DNA of 40,732 nt from a virus. This document shows positions 26,007 to 37,314 of the stretch, piece by piece; the stretch's first letter is position 1; each line of letters opens with the position of its first letter. The stretch lies in UHGV virus genome UHGV-0045958. One strand, given 5' to 3'. A program made the position numbers and the translations under genes. Under the pieces are notes generated by a model. That model ran no database searches. It was not told the origin of the DNA and saw only the letters and a list, made by a program, of their open reading frames with translations.

Positions 26007-26711
26007 ATGTCCTCTAATTTTGAGCGTTCGCAACTGACGAAAATTATGATTTCGTCTGCACCGGTAACAGCAGAAACCCTGGATTCTGCCAGCTATCTTG
26101 GCCTGAGCTGTACAATCAAAGAGGTGCAGTTTACCGCAGGACAAAAGCAGGATATTGATGTCACCACGCTGTATTCTGTTGAGCAGGAAAATATTAACGG
26201 TCTTGGGGCTGCTTCAGAGATTTCCATGTCAGGCAACTTTTATCTGAATGCTGCCCAGAACGCGTTGCGCAGTGCCTATGACAATGACACCACGTATGGC
26301 TTTAAAGTTATTTTTCCGTCAGGCAACGGATTTACCTTTATGGCAGAGGTGCGTCAGCATACCTGGTCTGCAGGAACCAATGGTGTTGTGGCTGCAACGT
26401 TTTCTCTGCGCCTGAAAGGTAAGCCTGTGCTGACGACAGAGCAGCTGAAAGTGAAGGTCGATTTAAAAAGCACGCTGCGGGTTGCTTCCGGAGCGAAACT
26501 TGAAATGGCGGTTGAGGGTGTGGGTGGTGTGCCGCCTTATTCTTATGCCTGGAAAAAAGGTGGTTCTCCTGTTTCCGGACAGACGGCGGCAACGTTCAGT
26601 AAGGCATCAGCAGCATCCGGTGATGCCGGTGCGTATACCTGCGAGATTTCTGATTCAGCGAGCCCGGTTAACAAAGTGACCTCCACTTCCTGCACTGTAA
26701 CCGTCAGTTAA
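26007..26711 (+). CDS. major tail protein with C-terminal Ig-like domain
   Basis: 234 aa; lambda V-like; the C-terminal ~90 aa look like a Big_2-type domain. Confidence 0.85.
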   Translation: MSSNFERSQLTKIMISSAPVTAETLDSASYLGLSCTIKEVQFTAGQKQDIDVTTLYSVEQENINGLGAASEISMSGNFYLNAAQNALRSAYDNDTTYGFKVIFPSGNGFTFMAEVRQHTWSAGTNGVVAATFSLRLKGKPVLTTEQLKVKVDLKSTLRVASGAKLEMAVEGVGGVPPYSYAWKKGGSPVSGQTAATFSKASAASGDAGAYTCEISDSASPVNKVTSTSCTVTVS

Positions 26712-27097
26712 TGAGGATGGATGTGATGACTAAAAATATCCGTAATCTGGCACTGGCAACGATGTCGGGGTTTCGCCATAAAACCGTTGATGTGCCTGAA
26801 TGGGAGGGAGCAACGGTTGTGTTACGGGAACCTTCTGCAGAAGCCTGGTTGCGCTGGCAGGAGATCGTTAAAGCAAAAGATGATGAGACACCGTTATCCG
26901 TTGCGGAGCGCGCCCGCCGAAATCTGGAGGCAGATGTTGAACTGTTCATTGATGTTCTGTGTGATACCGGACTGCAACCCGTATTTTCAGAGGATGATCG
27001 TGAACAGGTGATTGCCGTGTATGGCCCGGTGCATGCGCGGCTTCTTCGGCAGTCTCTGGAACTGATCAGTGATGCCGGCGAGGTTAAAAAAAAGTAG
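26711..27097 (+). CDS. tail assembly chaperone (G-like)
   Basis: 128 aa ending at the slippery A_AAA_AAG heptamer (27088-27094) directly before its stop. Confidence 0.7.
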   Translation: MRMDVMTKNIRNLALATMSGFRHKTVDVPEWEGATVVLREPSAEAWLRWQEIVKAKDDETPLSVAERARRNLEADVELFIDVLCDTGLQPVFSEDDREQVIAVYGPVHARLLRQSLELISDAGEVKKK

Positions 27098-27399
27098 CGC
27101 TTCCGGGGATGCGTTTTCTGATGATGCTGGCGCTCAGGATGGGGCGCACATTGTCAGAGTTACGCCGGGAAATGTCCGCATCAGAAATCATGATGTGGGC
27201 AGAATTTGACAGGTTCAGCCCGCTGGGGGACGAACGGGCTGATTTCCGGGCTGCCCAGATTGTTTCAGCTATTTACGGTGCGCAGGGGGTCAAAGTGTCA
27301 CTGAATGATGCGCTTCTTCAGTGGGAGAAGGAGCAGACAGAAGGCGCTTCAGATCCATTTGCCGGACTGGAAAACGCGCTTTTAATAGTGTCTCAGTGA
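26711..27399 (+). CDS. tail assembly chaperone G-T fusion made by programmed -1 frameshift
   Basis: The downstream ORF (27109..27399) is in the -1 frame relative to G; slipping at A_AAA_AAG reads through into the T-like frame. Confidence 0.6.
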
Positions 27400-27407
27400 G
27401 TCAACAT

Positions 27408-27429
27408 AACCGCTTCGGCGGTTTTTTTT
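27408..27429 (+). terminator. terminator-like hairpin upstream of the tape measure gene
   Basis: CCGC-ttcg-GCGG followed by TTTTTTTT. Confidence 0.5.
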
Positions 27430-27439
27430 CGTCCGGAGA

Positions 27440-30400
27440 ATGAGTGTGGCGACATTACGTGAACTGATTATTAAAATCTCGGCAAACTCCCGGTCATTCC
27501 AGTCAGAGATCTCCCGGGCTTCGCGTATGGGGCAGGATTACTACCGCACCATGCAGAACGGAGGCCAACAGTCTGCTGCTGCCTCCCGTGAAATGCGGCG
27601 TGCACTGGCAGAAGTGACGGATCAGATAAATACAGCTAAATCTTCGGCACTGAATATGGCGGGGGCATTTGCCGGGGCTTTTGCTACCGGTCATCTTATT
27701 TCTCTCGCCGATGAGTGGAATTCAGTAAATGCCCGTCTGAAGCAGGCCTCACAGTCCAGTGATGATTTTCAGGCATCACAGCGTGAATTAATGGCGATCA
27801 GCCAGAGAACGGGGACGGCGTTTTCTGATAACGCCAGCCTTTTTGCCCGTTCTGCAGCTTCCATGCGGGAGTATGGTTACAGTTCTGAGGAGGTACTGAA
27901 AGTCACCGAGGCGATCTCCACGGGCCTGAAATTATCCGGTGCCAGTACAGCAGAAGCCAGTTCGGTGATCATGCAGTTCAGTCAGGCACTGGCGCAGGGA
28001 GTGCTGCGCGGTGAAGAGTTTAACTCGGTGAATGAGAACGGCGATCGTGTTATTCGTGCGCTGGCTGCGGGAATGGGGGTTGCCCGTAAGGATCTGAAGG
28101 CCATGGCGGATAACGGAAAACTGACCGCCGATAAGGTTGTTCCTGCACTGATTAGTCAGCTTGGGGCGTTGCGTGATGAATATGCAGCAATGCCTGATAC
28201 TGTTTCATCCTCTGCAACCAAAGTTGAAAACGCCTTTATGGCCTGGGTTGGTGGTGCGAACGAGGCAAGCGGAGTGACAAAGACACTCTCCGGTGTGCTG
28301 AATGGTGTTGCAGACAATATTGATACCGTGGCTGCTGCAGCTGGCGCACTGGTTGCCGTCGGGGTAGCCCGATATTTTGGCAATATGGCGTCGTCTGCTG
28401 GATCTGCAACTGCCGGATTAATTACTGCAGCCAGAAACGAAGTGGCTCTTGCTGAAGCGCAACTTCGGGGGACACAGATAGCAACCGCCAGAGCGCGTGC
28501 GGCGGTTTATCGTGCGCAACAGGCGGTTGTTGCTGCTCGCGGTACCGAAAGGCAGGCCGCAGCAGAAGCGAAGCTGACAGCTGCTCAGGCGTCACTTACC
28601 CGTAATATTGCGGCCAGAACAGCGGCGCAGACAACGCTGAATACTGTCACGTCAGTGGGGAGTCGTCTGTTAAGTGGTGCGCTGGGGCTGGTTGGTGGTG
28701 TGCCGGGACTCGTCATGCTGGGGGCGACGGCCTGGTACACGATGTATCAGAATCAGGAGCAGGCCAGAGAATCTGCACGCCAGTATGCCGCAACAATCGA
28801 CGAAATTCGCCAGAAAACGTCGGCAATGTCGCTTCCTGAAGCGTCAGATAATGAGGAAAAGACGCGGCAGGCACTTGATGAGCAAAACAGGTTAATTGAC
28901 GAGCAGAAAAGTAAGATTAAATCCTTACAGGAAAAAATTGCTGGCTATCAGTATGTGCTGGCAAACCCGGGCTGGACAACCGATAACGGTTTTATGATTA
29001 ACCACATGACGTCGGTAAAAACAGTCACAGAAGGGCTTGCAGAAGCAACAAATCAACTGGCAGTTGAACAGTCCCGTCTCACACAAATGCAGGGCAAAGC
29101 GCAATCCATTCAGGATGTGCTTGCCGGGCTGGAGGAGCGGCGGGTTGCGTTGATCCGTCAACAGGCGGCGGAACAAAACAAAGCGTATCAGTCCCTGTTG
29201 ATCATGAATGGGCAGCATACCGAGTTTAATCGCCTTCTTGGGCTTGGTAATGAATTACTTCAGCAGCGACAGGGGTTGGTGAATGTACCGTTACGGCTAC
29301 CACAGGCAACCCTGGATGATAAACAGCAGACCGCACTGAATAACAGCAAGCGCGAACTGGCTCTGTCCCGCCTTAAGGGGGAAGCGCGTGAGCGTGCTCG
29401 ACTGGGCTATGCTGCGGATGATCTTGGCTTTGTGGGAGAGGCGTATCAGACAGCCAGACAGAATTATATCAATAACTCACTGGATGCCTGGCGAAATAAC
29501 CAGGCAAATAAACCCAAAGCGCATAAAAAGACCGAAGCGGAAAAAACAGAAGATATTTATAAACGGCTGATTAAACAGCAAAAAGAACAGATAGCACTGG
29601 CAGGGCAGAATACTGAACTGGCTAAGATGAAATATCAGGTCAGTCAGGGCGAATTATCAACCCTGTCAGAAGCGCAGAAAAAAACGCTTTTGCAGAATGC
29701 AGCACTCATCGACCAGAAAAAGATTCGTGAGCAGCTTGCTGCGTATGAAAGCAGCCTGGCGGACAGTAATGCCAGTACCCGGGCGTCTAACGACGCGCAG
29801 TTACTGGGATATGGTGAAGGCTCACGGATGCGTGAACGACTCCAGGAAATGTGGAGTATCCGGCATGAGTTTGAGCAGAAAAATAACGAGCTGCTGAGAC
29901 AGTATCAGGCCGGAGAAATTGAAGAAGCCCTGTGGAAACAGGAGAAAGAACTGAATAAAAAATATCTGGAAGAGCGTCTCAGCGATCAGCAGGATTATTA
30001 TGCAAAGGCCGATGCTTTACGTAATAACTGGAATGCAGGACTCCAGGAGGGGCTGACCAACTGGGCAGACAGTGCCACCGATTATGCTTCGCAGGCGGCA
30101 GATGCTGTCGTTTCCACTATGGACGGGCTGGTATCAAATATTTCCGATGCACTGGCCGGAAATGTTGTGGACTGGAGGAACTGGGGGAGTTCAGTTCTCC
30201 GGGAAGTTTCAAAAATTCTGATGAATGCAGCCATTGTTAACGGACTGAAATCACTCTCCGGTGCCGGAGGGTGGCTTGGTACGGTCGGCGGATGGATTTC
30301 GGGGGCAGTGGCAAACGCAAAAGGTGGTGTTTACACATCGGCAAATCTGAGTGCTTACAGTAACACTATTGTGGATACACCGACGTATTTTGCTTTTGCG

Positions 30401-30673
30401 AAGGGGGCCGGGTTGATGGGCGAGGCCGGGCCTGAAGCAATCATGCCACTGACACGGGCAGCGGACGGCTCTCTTGGGGTCAGGGCCATTGGAGATGTGA
30501 ATGGTGGCGGTGGATTTGTTTATTCTCCCGTGTATCACATCAGCATTCAGAATCAAGGGAGCAATGGCGAGATAGATGCGCGCTCAGCCAGGGGACTGGT
30601 GGATCTGATCGACAGCAGGGTTGTGTCAATTATGCAGTCATCGCGTCGGGATGGAGGATTGTACAGTGCCTGA
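27440..30673 (+). CDS. tail tape measure protein
   Basis: 1077 aa, Ala/Gln-rich and helical; lambda H-like position. Confidence 0.9.
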   Translation: MSVATLRELIIKISANSRSFQSEISRASRMGQDYYRTMQNGGQQSAAASREMRRALAEVTDQINTAKSSALNMAGAFAGAFATGHLISLADEWNSVNARLKQASQSSDDFQASQRELMAISQRTGTAFSDNASLFARSAASMREYGYSSEEVLKVTEAISTGLKLSGASTAEASSVIMQFSQALAQGVLRGEEFNSVNENGDRVIRALAAGMGVARKDLKAMADNGKLTADKVVPALISQLGALRDEYAAMPDTVSSSATKVENAFMAWVGGANEASGVTKTLSGVLNGVADNIDTVAAAAGALVAVGVARYFGNMASSAGSATAGLITAARNEVALAEAQLRGTQIATARARAAVYRAQQAVVAARGTERQAAAEAKLTAAQASLTRNIAARTAAQTTLNTVTSVGSRLLSGALGLVGGVPGLVMLGATAWYTMYQNQEQARESARQYAATIDEIRQKTSAMSLPEASDNEEKTRQALDEQNRLIDEQKSKIKSLQEKIAGYQYVLANPGWTTDNGFMINHMTSVKTVTEGLAEATNQLAVEQSRLTQMQGKAQSIQDVLAGLEERRVALIRQQAAEQNKAYQSLLIMNGQHTEFNRLLGLGNELLQQRQGLVNVPLRLPQATLDDKQQTALNNSKRELALSRLKGEARERARLGYAADDLGFVGEAYQTARQNYINNSLDAWRNNQANKPKAHKKTEAEKTEDIYKRLIKQQKEQIALAGQNTELAKMKYQVSQGELSTLSEAQKKTLLQNAALIDQKKIREQLAAYESSLADSNASTRASNDAQLLGYGEGSRMRERLQEMWSIRHEFEQKNNELLRQYQAGEIEEALWKQEKELNKKYLEERLSDQQDYYAKADALRNNWNAGLQEGLTNWADSATDYASQAADAVVSTMDGLVSNISDALAGNVVDWRNWGSSVLREVSKILMNAAIVNGLKSLSGAGGWLGTVGGWISGAVANAKGGVYTSANLSAYSNTIVDTPTYFAFAKGAGLMGEAGPEAIMPLTRAADGSLGVRAIGDVNGGGGFVYSPVYHISIQNQGSNGEIDARSARGLVDLIDSRVVSIMQSSRRDGGLYSA

Positions 30674-31007
30674 GCCTGAAGTTTTTAACTGGATCCCCCG
30701 TGAGGGGATGGAGACGACACGAAAGCCATCAGTTATTACGGTAAAGTTTGGTGACGGATATGAACAGCGACGGGCTGGTGGTCTGAATGCGGATCTGAAA
30801 ACGTTTAAACCGGTATTTCGTGTCACAGATGAATATTCCCGTGCCGCGCTGGACAGTTTTTTATCCCGTCATGCCGGGATTCGTGCTTTTTTGTGGCGTC
30901 CGCCAAAACACAACAGGACTGTCCGGGTTGTCTGCAGGGAGTGGAGCATTTCGGATAATGCCATGTATACCGATTTTAACTGTACCTTTGAAGAGGTCAC
31001 TCACTGA
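30666..31007 (+). CDS. minor tail protein M
   Basis: Similar to lambda M (VKFGDGYEQR ... FLWRPP); GTG start with GGAGGA RBS. Confidence 0.8.
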   Translation: MPEPEVFNWIPREGMETTRKPSVITVKFGDGYEQRRAGGLNADLKTFKPVFRVTDEYSRAALDSFLSRHAGIRAFLWRPPKHNRTVRVVCREWSISDNAMYTDFNCTFEEVTH

Positions 31008-31705
31008 TGCAGGATATACAGCAGGAAACACTCAATGAGTGCACTAAAACGGAGCAATCCGCGCTGGTCGTGCTCTGGGAAATTGATCTGACAGAGGTCG
31101 GCGGAGATCGTTATTTCTTCTGTAATGAGCAGAACGAAAAAGGTGAACCAGTCACCTGGCAGGGGCGGCAGTATCAGGCTTATCCCATTCAGGGAAGCGG
31201 ATTTGAGATGAACGGCAAAGGAGCCAGTGCAAGGCCAACGCTTAAAGTCTCTAATCTGTACGGCATGGTCACCGGGATGGCGGAAGATATGCAGAGTCTG
31301 GTCGGCGGAACGGTGGTCCGGCGTAAGGTTTACGCCCGTTTTCTGGATGCGGTGAACTTCGTCAACGGAAACAGTTACGCCGATCCGGAGCAGGAGGTGA
31401 TCAGCCGCTGGCGCATTGAGCAGTGCAGCGAACTGAGCGCGGTGAGTGCCTCCTTTGTACTGTCCACGCCGACGGAAACGGATGGCGCTGTTTTTCCGGG
31501 ACGTATCATGCTGGCCAACACCTGCACCTGGACCTATCGCGGTGACGAGTGCGGTTATAGCGGTCCGGCTGTCGCGGATGAATATGACCAGCCAACGTCC
31601 GATATCACGAAGGATAAATGCAGCAAATGCCTGAGCGGTTGTAAGTTCCGCAATAACGTCGGCAACTTTGGCGGCTTCCTTTCCATTAACAAACTTTCGC
31701 AGTAA
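31007..31705 (+). CDS. minor tail protein L
   Basis: 232 aa; lambda L-like, with a C-terminal Cys cluster. Confidence 0.85.
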   Translation: MQDIQQETLNECTKTEQSALVVLWEIDLTEVGGDRYFFCNEQNEKGEPVTWQGRQYQAYPIQGSGFEMNGKGASARPTLKVSNLYGMVTGMAEDMQSLVGGTVVRRKVYARFLDAVNFVNGNSYADPEQEVISRWRIEQCSELSAVSASFVLSTPTETDGAVFPGRIMLANTCTWTYRGDECGYSGPAVADEYDQPTSDITKDKCSKCLSGCKFRNNVGNFGGFLSINKLSQ

Positions 31706-31710
31706 ATCCC

Positions 31711-32454
31711 ATGACACAGACAGAATCAGCGATTCTGGCGCACGCCCGGCGATGTGCGCCAGCGGAGTCGTGCGGCTTCGTGGTAAGCACGCCGGAGGGG
31801 GAAAGATATTTTCCCTGCGTGAATATCTCCGGTGAGCCGGAGGCGTATTTCCGTATGTCGCCGGAAGACTGGCTGCAGGCAGAAATGCAGGGTGAGATTG
31901 TGGCGCTGGTCCACAGCCACCCCGGTGGTCTGCCCTGGCTGAGTGAGGCCGACCGGCGGCTGCAGGTGCAGAGTGATTTGCCGTGGTGGCTGGTCTGCCG
32001 GGGGGCGATTCACAAGTTCCGCTGTGTGCCGCATCTTACCGGGCGGCGCTTTGAGCACGGGGTGACGGACTGTTACACGCTGCTCCGGGATGCTTACCAT
32101 CTGGCGGGAATTGAGATGCCTGATTTTCATCGTGAGGATGACTGGTGGCGTAACGGCCAGAATCTCTATCTGGATAATCTGGAGGCGACGGGGCTGTATC
32201 AGGTGCCGTTGTCAGCGGCACAGCCGGGCGATGTGCTGCTGTGCTGTTTTGGTTCATCGGTGCCGAATCACGCCGCAATTTACTGCGGCGACGGCGAGCT
32301 GCTGCACCATATTCCTGAACAACTGAGCAAACGAGAGAGGTACACCGACAAATGGCAGCGACGCACACACTCCCTCTGGCGTCACCGGGCATGGCACGTA
32401 TCTGCCTTTACGGGGATTTGCAACGATTTGGCCGCCGCATCGACCTTCGTGTGA
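31711..32454 (+). CDS. tail assembly protein K (JAB/MPN + NlpC/P60 domains)
   Basis: 247 aa; HSHP metalloprotease motif and NlpC/P60-like region. Confidence 0.85.
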   Translation: MTQTESAILAHARRCAPAESCGFVVSTPEGERYFPCVNISGEPEAYFRMSPEDWLQAEMQGEIVALVHSHPGGLPWLSEADRRLQVQSDLPWWLVCRGAIHKFRCVPHLTGRRFEHGVTDCYTLLRDAYHLAGIEMPDFHREDDWWRNGQNLYLDNLEATGLYQVPLSAAQPGDVLLCCFGSSVPNHAAIYCGDGELLHHIPEQLSKRERYTDKWQRRTHSLWRHRAWHVSAFTGICNDLAAASTFV

Positions 32455-32999
32455 AAACGGGGGCCGAAGCCATCCGGGCGCTGGCCATGCAGATCCCGGC
32501 GTTTCGTCAGAAACTGAGCGATGGCTGGTATCAGGTGCGCATTGCCGGGCGTGATGCAGGCGAAAACGAATTATCAGCCCGTCTTAATGAGCCGCTGAAA
32601 AATGGTGCCGTGATCCACATCGTTCCGCGTCTTGCGGGAGCAAAAAGTGGCGGTGTGTTTCAGGCGGTGCTGGGTGCGGCGCTGATTGCAGTGGCGTGGT
32701 GGAACCCTGTGGGCTGGCTGGGAGCTGCGGCTGTATCGGGCATGTATGCTGCGGGGGCCAGTATGATCCTTGGCGGTGTGGCGCAGATGCTGGCACCGAA
32801 AGCCAGAACTCCCCGTACACAGACAACGGATAACGGTAAGCAGAACACCTATTTCTCCTCACTGGATAACATGGTTGCCCAGGGCAATGTTCTGCCCGTT
32901 CTGTACGGTGAAATGCGCGTGGGGTCGCGGGTGGCTTCTCAGGAGATCAGCACGGCAGACGAAGGGGACGGTGGTCAGGTTGTGGTGATTGGTCGCTGA
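32352..32999 (+). CDS. tail assembly protein I
   Basis: N- and C-terminal regions near-identical to recalled lambda I; start overlaps the end of K. Confidence 0.85.
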   Translation: MAATHTLPLASPGMARICLYGDLQRFGRRIDLRVKTGAEAIRALAMQIPAFRQKLSDGWYQVRIAGRDAGENELSARLNEPLKNGAVIHIVPRLAGAKSGGVFQAVLGAALIAVAWWNPVGWLGAAAVSGMYAAGASMILGGVAQMLAPKARTPRTQTTDNGKQNTYFSSLDNMVAQGNVLPVLYGEMRVGSRVASQEISTADEGDGGQVVVIGR

Positions 33000-33020
33000 T
33001 GCAAAACGTTTTATGTGAAA

Positions 33021-33040
33021 CCGCCTCAGGGCGGTTTTGT
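33021..33040 (+). terminator. hairpin with U-tract between I and J (candidate attenuator)
   Basis: CCGCC-tcag-GGCGG followed by TTTTgTcgTTT. Confidence 0.4.
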
Positions 33041-33059
33041 CGTTTCTGGAGCGTGAGGA

Positions 33060-36000
33060 ATGGGTAAAGGCAGCAGTAAGGGGCATACCCCGCGCGAAGC
33101 GAAGGACAACCTGAAATCATCCCAGATGCTGAGCGTGATAGACGCCATCAGTGAAGGGCCGGTTGAAGGTCCGGTGGATGGATTAAAAAGCGTGCTGCTG
33201 AACAGTACGCCGGTGCTGGACACTGAGGGGAATACCAACATCTCCGGTGTCACGGTGGTGTTCCGTGCCGGTGAGCAGGAGCAGACACCGCCGGAGGGGT
33301 TTGAATCCTCCGGCTCCGAGACGGTGCTGGGTACGGAAGTGAAATATGACACGCCGATCACCCGCACCATCACGTCTGCAAACATCGACCGTCTGCGCTT
33401 TACCTTCGGTGTGCAGGCACTGGTGGAAACCACCTCAAAGGGGGACCGGAATCCGTCGGAAGTTCGCCTGCTGGTTCAGATACAGCGTAATGGTGGCTGG
33501 GTGACGGAAAAAGACATCACCATTAAGGGCAAAACCACCTCGCAGTATCTGGCCTCGGTGGTGGTGGATAACCTGCCGCCGCGCCCGTTTAATATCCGGA
33601 TGCGCAGGATGACGCCGGACAGCACCACAGACCAGCTGCAGAACAAAACGCTCTGGTCGTCATACACCGAAATCATCGATGTGAAACAGTGCTACCCGAA
33701 CACGGCACTGGTCGGCGTACAGGTGGATTCGGAGCAGTTCGGCAGCCAGCAGGTGAGCCGTAATTATCATCTGCGCGGGCGCATTCTGCAGGTGCCGTCG
33801 AACTATAACCCGCAGACGCGGCAATACAGCGGTATCTGGGACGGAACGTTTAAACCGGCATACAGCAACAACATGGCCTGGTGTCTGTGGGATATGCTGA
33901 CCCATCCGCGCTACGGCATGGGGAAACGTCTTGGTGCGGCGGATGTGGATAAATGGGCGCTGTATGTCATCGGCCAGTACTGCGACCAGTCGGTGCCGGA
34001 CGGCTTTGGCGGCACGGAGCCGCGCATCACCTGTAATGCGTACCTGACCACACAGCGCAAGGCGTGGGATGTGCTCAGTGATTTCTGCTCGGCGATGCGC
34101 TGTATGCCGGTATGGAACGGGCAGACGCTGACGTTCGTGCAGGACCGACCATCAGATAAGGTGTGGACCTATAACCGCAGTAATGTGGTGATGCCGGATG
34201 ATGGCGCGCCGTTCCGCTACAGCTTCAGCGCCCTGAAAGACCGCCATAATGCCGTTGAGGTGAACTGGATTGACCCGGACAACGGCTGGGAGACGGCGAC
34301 AGAGCTTGTTGAAGATACGCAGGCCATTGCCCGTTACGGTCGTAACGTCACGAAGATGGATGCCTTTGGCTGTACCAGCCGGGGGCAGGCGCACCGCGCC
34401 GGGCTGTGGCTGATTAAAACGGAACTGCTGGAAACGCAGACCGTGGACTTCAGCGTGGGTGCGGAAGGGCTTCGCCATGTACCGGGGGATGTCATTGAAA
34501 TCTGCGATGATGACTATGCGGGTATCAGCACCGGCGGGCGCGTGCTGGCGGTGAACAGCCAGACCCGGACGCTGACGCTCGACCGTGAAATCACGCTGCC
34601 ATCCTCCGGTACCACGCTGATAAGCCTGGTTGACGGTCAGGGTAATCCGGTCAGCGTGGAGGTCCAGTCCGTCACCGACGGCGTGAAGGTGAAAGTGAGC
34701 CGGGTTCCTGATGGTGTTGCAGAATACAGCGTGTGGGGGCTGAAGTTGCCGACGCTGCGCCAGCGCCTGTTCCGCTGTGTGAGTATCCGTGAGAACGATG
34801 ACGGCACGTATGCCATCACCGCCGTGCAGCATGTACCGGAAAAAGAAGCCATCGTGGATAACGGGGCGCACTTTGACGGCGACCAGAGCGGCACGGTGAA
34901 TGGTGTCACGCCGCCAGCGGTGCAGCACCTGACTGCCGAAGTCACCGCAGACAGCGGGGAATATCAGGTGCTGGCGCGCTGGGACACGCCGAAGGTGGTG
35001 AAGGGCGTGAGCTTCCTGCTCCGTCTGACCGTAACAGCGGATGACGGCAGTGAGTGGCTGGTCAGCACGGCCCGGACGACGGAAACCACTTACCGCTTCA
35101 CACAACTGGCGCTGGGGAACTACAGGCTGACAGTCCGGGCAGTAAATGCGTGGGGGCAGCAGGGCGATCCGGCGTCGGTATCGTTCCGGATTGCCGCACC
35201 GGCAGCGCCGTCGCGGATTGAGCTGACGCCGGGCTATTTTCAGATAACCGCCACGCCGCATCTTGCGGTTTATGATCCGACGGTACAGTTTGAGTTCTGG
35301 TTCTCGGAAAAGCGGATTACCGATATCAGGCAGGTTGAAACCACAGCACGCTATCTTGGCACGGCGCTGTACTGGATAGCCGCCAGTATCAATATCAAAC
35401 CGGGCCATGATTATTACTTTTATATCCGCAGTGTGAACACCGTTGGCAAATCGGCATTCGTGGAGGCTGTTGGTCAGCCGAGTGATGATGCATCCGGTTA
35501 TCTGGATTTTTTCAAAGGCGAGATAGGGAAAACCCATCTGGCTCAGGAGCTGTGGACGCAGATTGATAACGGTCAGCTTGCGCCTGACCTGGCTGAAATC
35601 AGGACGTCCATTACGGATGTCAGCAATGAAATCACGCAGACCGTCAATAAGAAACTGGAAGACCAGAGTGCGGCAATTCAGCAGATACAGAAGGTTCAGG
35701 TTGATACAAATAATAACCTGAACAGCATGTGGGCTGTGAAGCTGCAGCAGATGCAGGACGGACGCCTTTATATCGCGGGTATTGGTGCCGGTATTGAGAA
35801 CACCCCTGACGGCATGCAGAGTCAGGTGCTGCTGGCGGCAGACAGGATTGCGATGATTAATCCTGCGAATGGCAACACAAAGCCGATGTTTGTTGGGCAG
35901 GGCGATCAGATATTCATGAACGAAGTGTTCCTGAAACGCCTGACGGCTCCCACCATTACCAGCGGCGGTAATCCTCCGGTATTTTCCCTGACACCGGACG

Positions 36001-36539
36001 GGCGGCTGACGGCGAAAAATGCCGATATCAGCGGTAACGTGAATGCGAACGCCGGGACGCTCAACAACGTCACGATTAACGAGAACTGTCGGGTTCTGGG
36101 AAAACTGTCCGCCAACCAGATTGAAGGCGATCTCGTTAAAACAGTGGGCAAAGCTTTCCCCCGGGACTCCCGTGCACCGGAACGGTGGCCATCAGGGACC
36201 ATCACCGTCAGGGTTTATGACGATCAGCCGTTTGACCGGCAGATTGTTATTCCGGCGGTGGCATTCAGCGGCGCTAAACATGAGCGGGAGAATAACGATA
36301 TTTATTCGTCATGCCGCCTGATAGTACGGAAAAACGGTGCTGAAATTTATAACCGTACCGCGCTGGATAATACGCTGATTTACAGTGGTGTTATTGATAT
36401 GCCTGCCGGTCACGGTCACATGACACTGGAGTTTTCGGTGTCAGCATGGCTGGTAAATAACTGGTATCCCACAGCCAGTATCAGCGATTTGCTGGTTGTG
36501 GTGATGAAGAAAGCCACTGCAGGCATCACGATTAGCTGA
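33060..36539 (+). CDS. host specificity protein J (central tail fibre)
   Basis: 1159 aa; lambda J-like size and position. Confidence 0.9.
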   Translation: MGKGSSKGHTPREAKDNLKSSQMLSVIDAISEGPVEGPVDGLKSVLLNSTPVLDTEGNTNISGVTVVFRAGEQEQTPPEGFESSGSETVLGTEVKYDTPITRTITSANIDRLRFTFGVQALVETTSKGDRNPSEVRLLVQIQRNGGWVTEKDITIKGKTTSQYLASVVVDNLPPRPFNIRMRRMTPDSTTDQLQNKTLWSSYTEIIDVKQCYPNTALVGVQVDSEQFGSQQVSRNYHLRGRILQVPSNYNPQTRQYSGIWDGTFKPAYSNNMAWCLWDMLTHPRYGMGKRLGAADVDKWALYVIGQYCDQSVPDGFGGTEPRITCNAYLTTQRKAWDVLSDFCSAMRCMPVWNGQTLTFVQDRPSDKVWTYNRSNVVMPDDGAPFRYSFSALKDRHNAVEVNWIDPDNGWETATELVEDTQAIARYGRNVTKMDAFGCTSRGQAHRAGLWLIKTELLETQTVDFSVGAEGLRHVPGDVIEICDDDYAGISTGGRVLAVNSQTRTLTLDREITLPSSGTTLISLVDGQGNPVSVEVQSVTDGVKVKVSRVPDGVAEYSVWGLKLPTLRQRLFRCVSIRENDDGTYAITAVQHVPEKEAIVDNGAHFDGDQSGTVNGVTPPAVQHLTAEVTADSGEYQVLARWDTPKVVKGVSFLLRLTVTADDGSEWLVSTARTTETTYRFTQLALGNYRLTVRAVNAWGQQGDPASVSFRIAAPAAPSRIELTPGYFQITATPHLAVYDPTVQFEFWFSEKRITDIRQVETTARYLGTALYWIAASINIKPGHDYYFYIRSVNTVGKSAFVEAVGQPSDDASGYLDFFKGEIGKTHLAQELWTQIDNGQLAPDLAEIRTSITDVSNEITQTVNKKLEDQSAAIQQIQKVQVDTNNNLNSMWAVKLQQMQDGRLYIAGIGAGIENTPDGMQSQVLLAADRIAMINPANGNTKPMFVGQGDQIFMNEVFLKRLTAPTITSGGNPPVFSLTPDGRLTAKNADISGNVNANAGTLNNVTINENCRVLGKLSANQIEGDLVKTVGKAFPRDSRAPERWPSGTITVRVYDDQPFDRQIVIPAVAFSGAKHERENNDIYSSCRLIVRKNGAEIYNRTALDNTLIYSGVIDMPAGHGHMTLEFSVSAWLVNNWYPTASISDLLVVVMKKATAGITIS

Positions 36540-36571
36540 ATTTTATAACCCAGATACGGGCGCCAGAAATG

Positions 36572-36627
36572 NNNNNNNNNNNNNNNNNNNNNNNNNNNNN
36601 NNNNNNNNNNNNNNNNNNNNNNNNNNN
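36572..36627. other. assembly gap (56 N) splitting a terminator hairpin (duplicated flank cagaaatg)
   Basis: Flanks ggcgccagaaatg / cagaaatggcgcctttttt; collapsing the duplication restores GGCGCC-agaaat-GGCGCC plus a T-tract. Confidence 0.95.
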
Positions 36628-36670
36628 CAGAAATGGCGCCTTTTTTATTGCAGAAAAGCGAGAGGTAATT

Positions 36671-37270
36671 ATGCGTAAAGTTTATGCAGCTATTTTGTCC
36701 GCAGCCATCTGTCTGGCCGTATCAGGTACGCCTGCATGGGCGTCTGAACACCAGTCCACACTGAGCGCAGGGTATCTTCATGCCCGTACGAACGTCCCCG
36801 GCAGCGATAATCTGAACGGGATTAACGTGAAATACCGTTATGAATTTACGGACACGCTGGGGCTGGTGACGTCATTCAGTTATGCCAATGCCAAAGATGA
36901 GCAAAAAACGCATTACAGCGATACCCGCTGGCATGAAGATTCCGTGCGTAACCGCTGGTTCAGCGTGATGGCGGGGCCGTCTGTGCGCGTGAATGAATGG
37001 TTCAGCGCGTATGCGATGGCGGGTATGGCTTACAGCCGTGTGTCGACTTTCTCCGGGGATTATCTCCGCGTAACTGACAACAAGGGGAAAACGCACGACG
37101 TGCTGACCGGAAGTGATGACGGTCGCCACAGCAACACGTCTCTGGCGTGGGGGGCTGGCGTGCAGTTTAACCCGACCGAATCCGTGGCCGTTGATGTCGC
37201 TTATGAAGGTTCCGGCAGTGGCGACTGGCGCACTGACGGTTTCATCGTGGGTGTCGGTTATAAATTCTGA
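36671..37270 (+). CDS. lom: Lom outer membrane protein (Ail/Lom family)
   Basis: Signal peptide (MRKVYAAILSAAICLAVSGTPAWA) and beta-barrel-like sequence ending in F; lambda lom position after J. Confidence 0.85.
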   Translation: MRKVYAAILSAAICLAVSGTPAWASEHQSTLSAGYLHARTNVPGSDNLNGINVKYRYEFTDTLGLVTSFSYANAKDEQKTHYSDTRWHEDSVRNRWFSVMAGPSVRVNEWFSAYAMAGMAYSRVSTFSGDYLRVTDNKGKTHDVLTGSDDGRHSNTSLAWGAGVQFNPTESVAVDVAYEGSGSGDWRTDGFIVGVGYKF

Positions 37271-37314
37271 TTAGCCAGGTAACACAGTGTTATGACAGCC
37301 CGCCGGTTCAGGCG

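Noticed and set aside
25515-26144. 209-aa minus-strand ORF
   Set aside because: Spans an N gap and homopolymer tracts and is antisense to the tail completion and major tail genes.
31001-31717. 238-aa minus-strand ORF
   Set aside because: Antisense to minor tail protein L.
34152-35537. 461-aa minus-strand ORF
   Set aside because: Entirely antisense to host specificity protein J, whose lambda-like sequence is convincing; long antisense ORFs are expected in GC-rich coding DNA.
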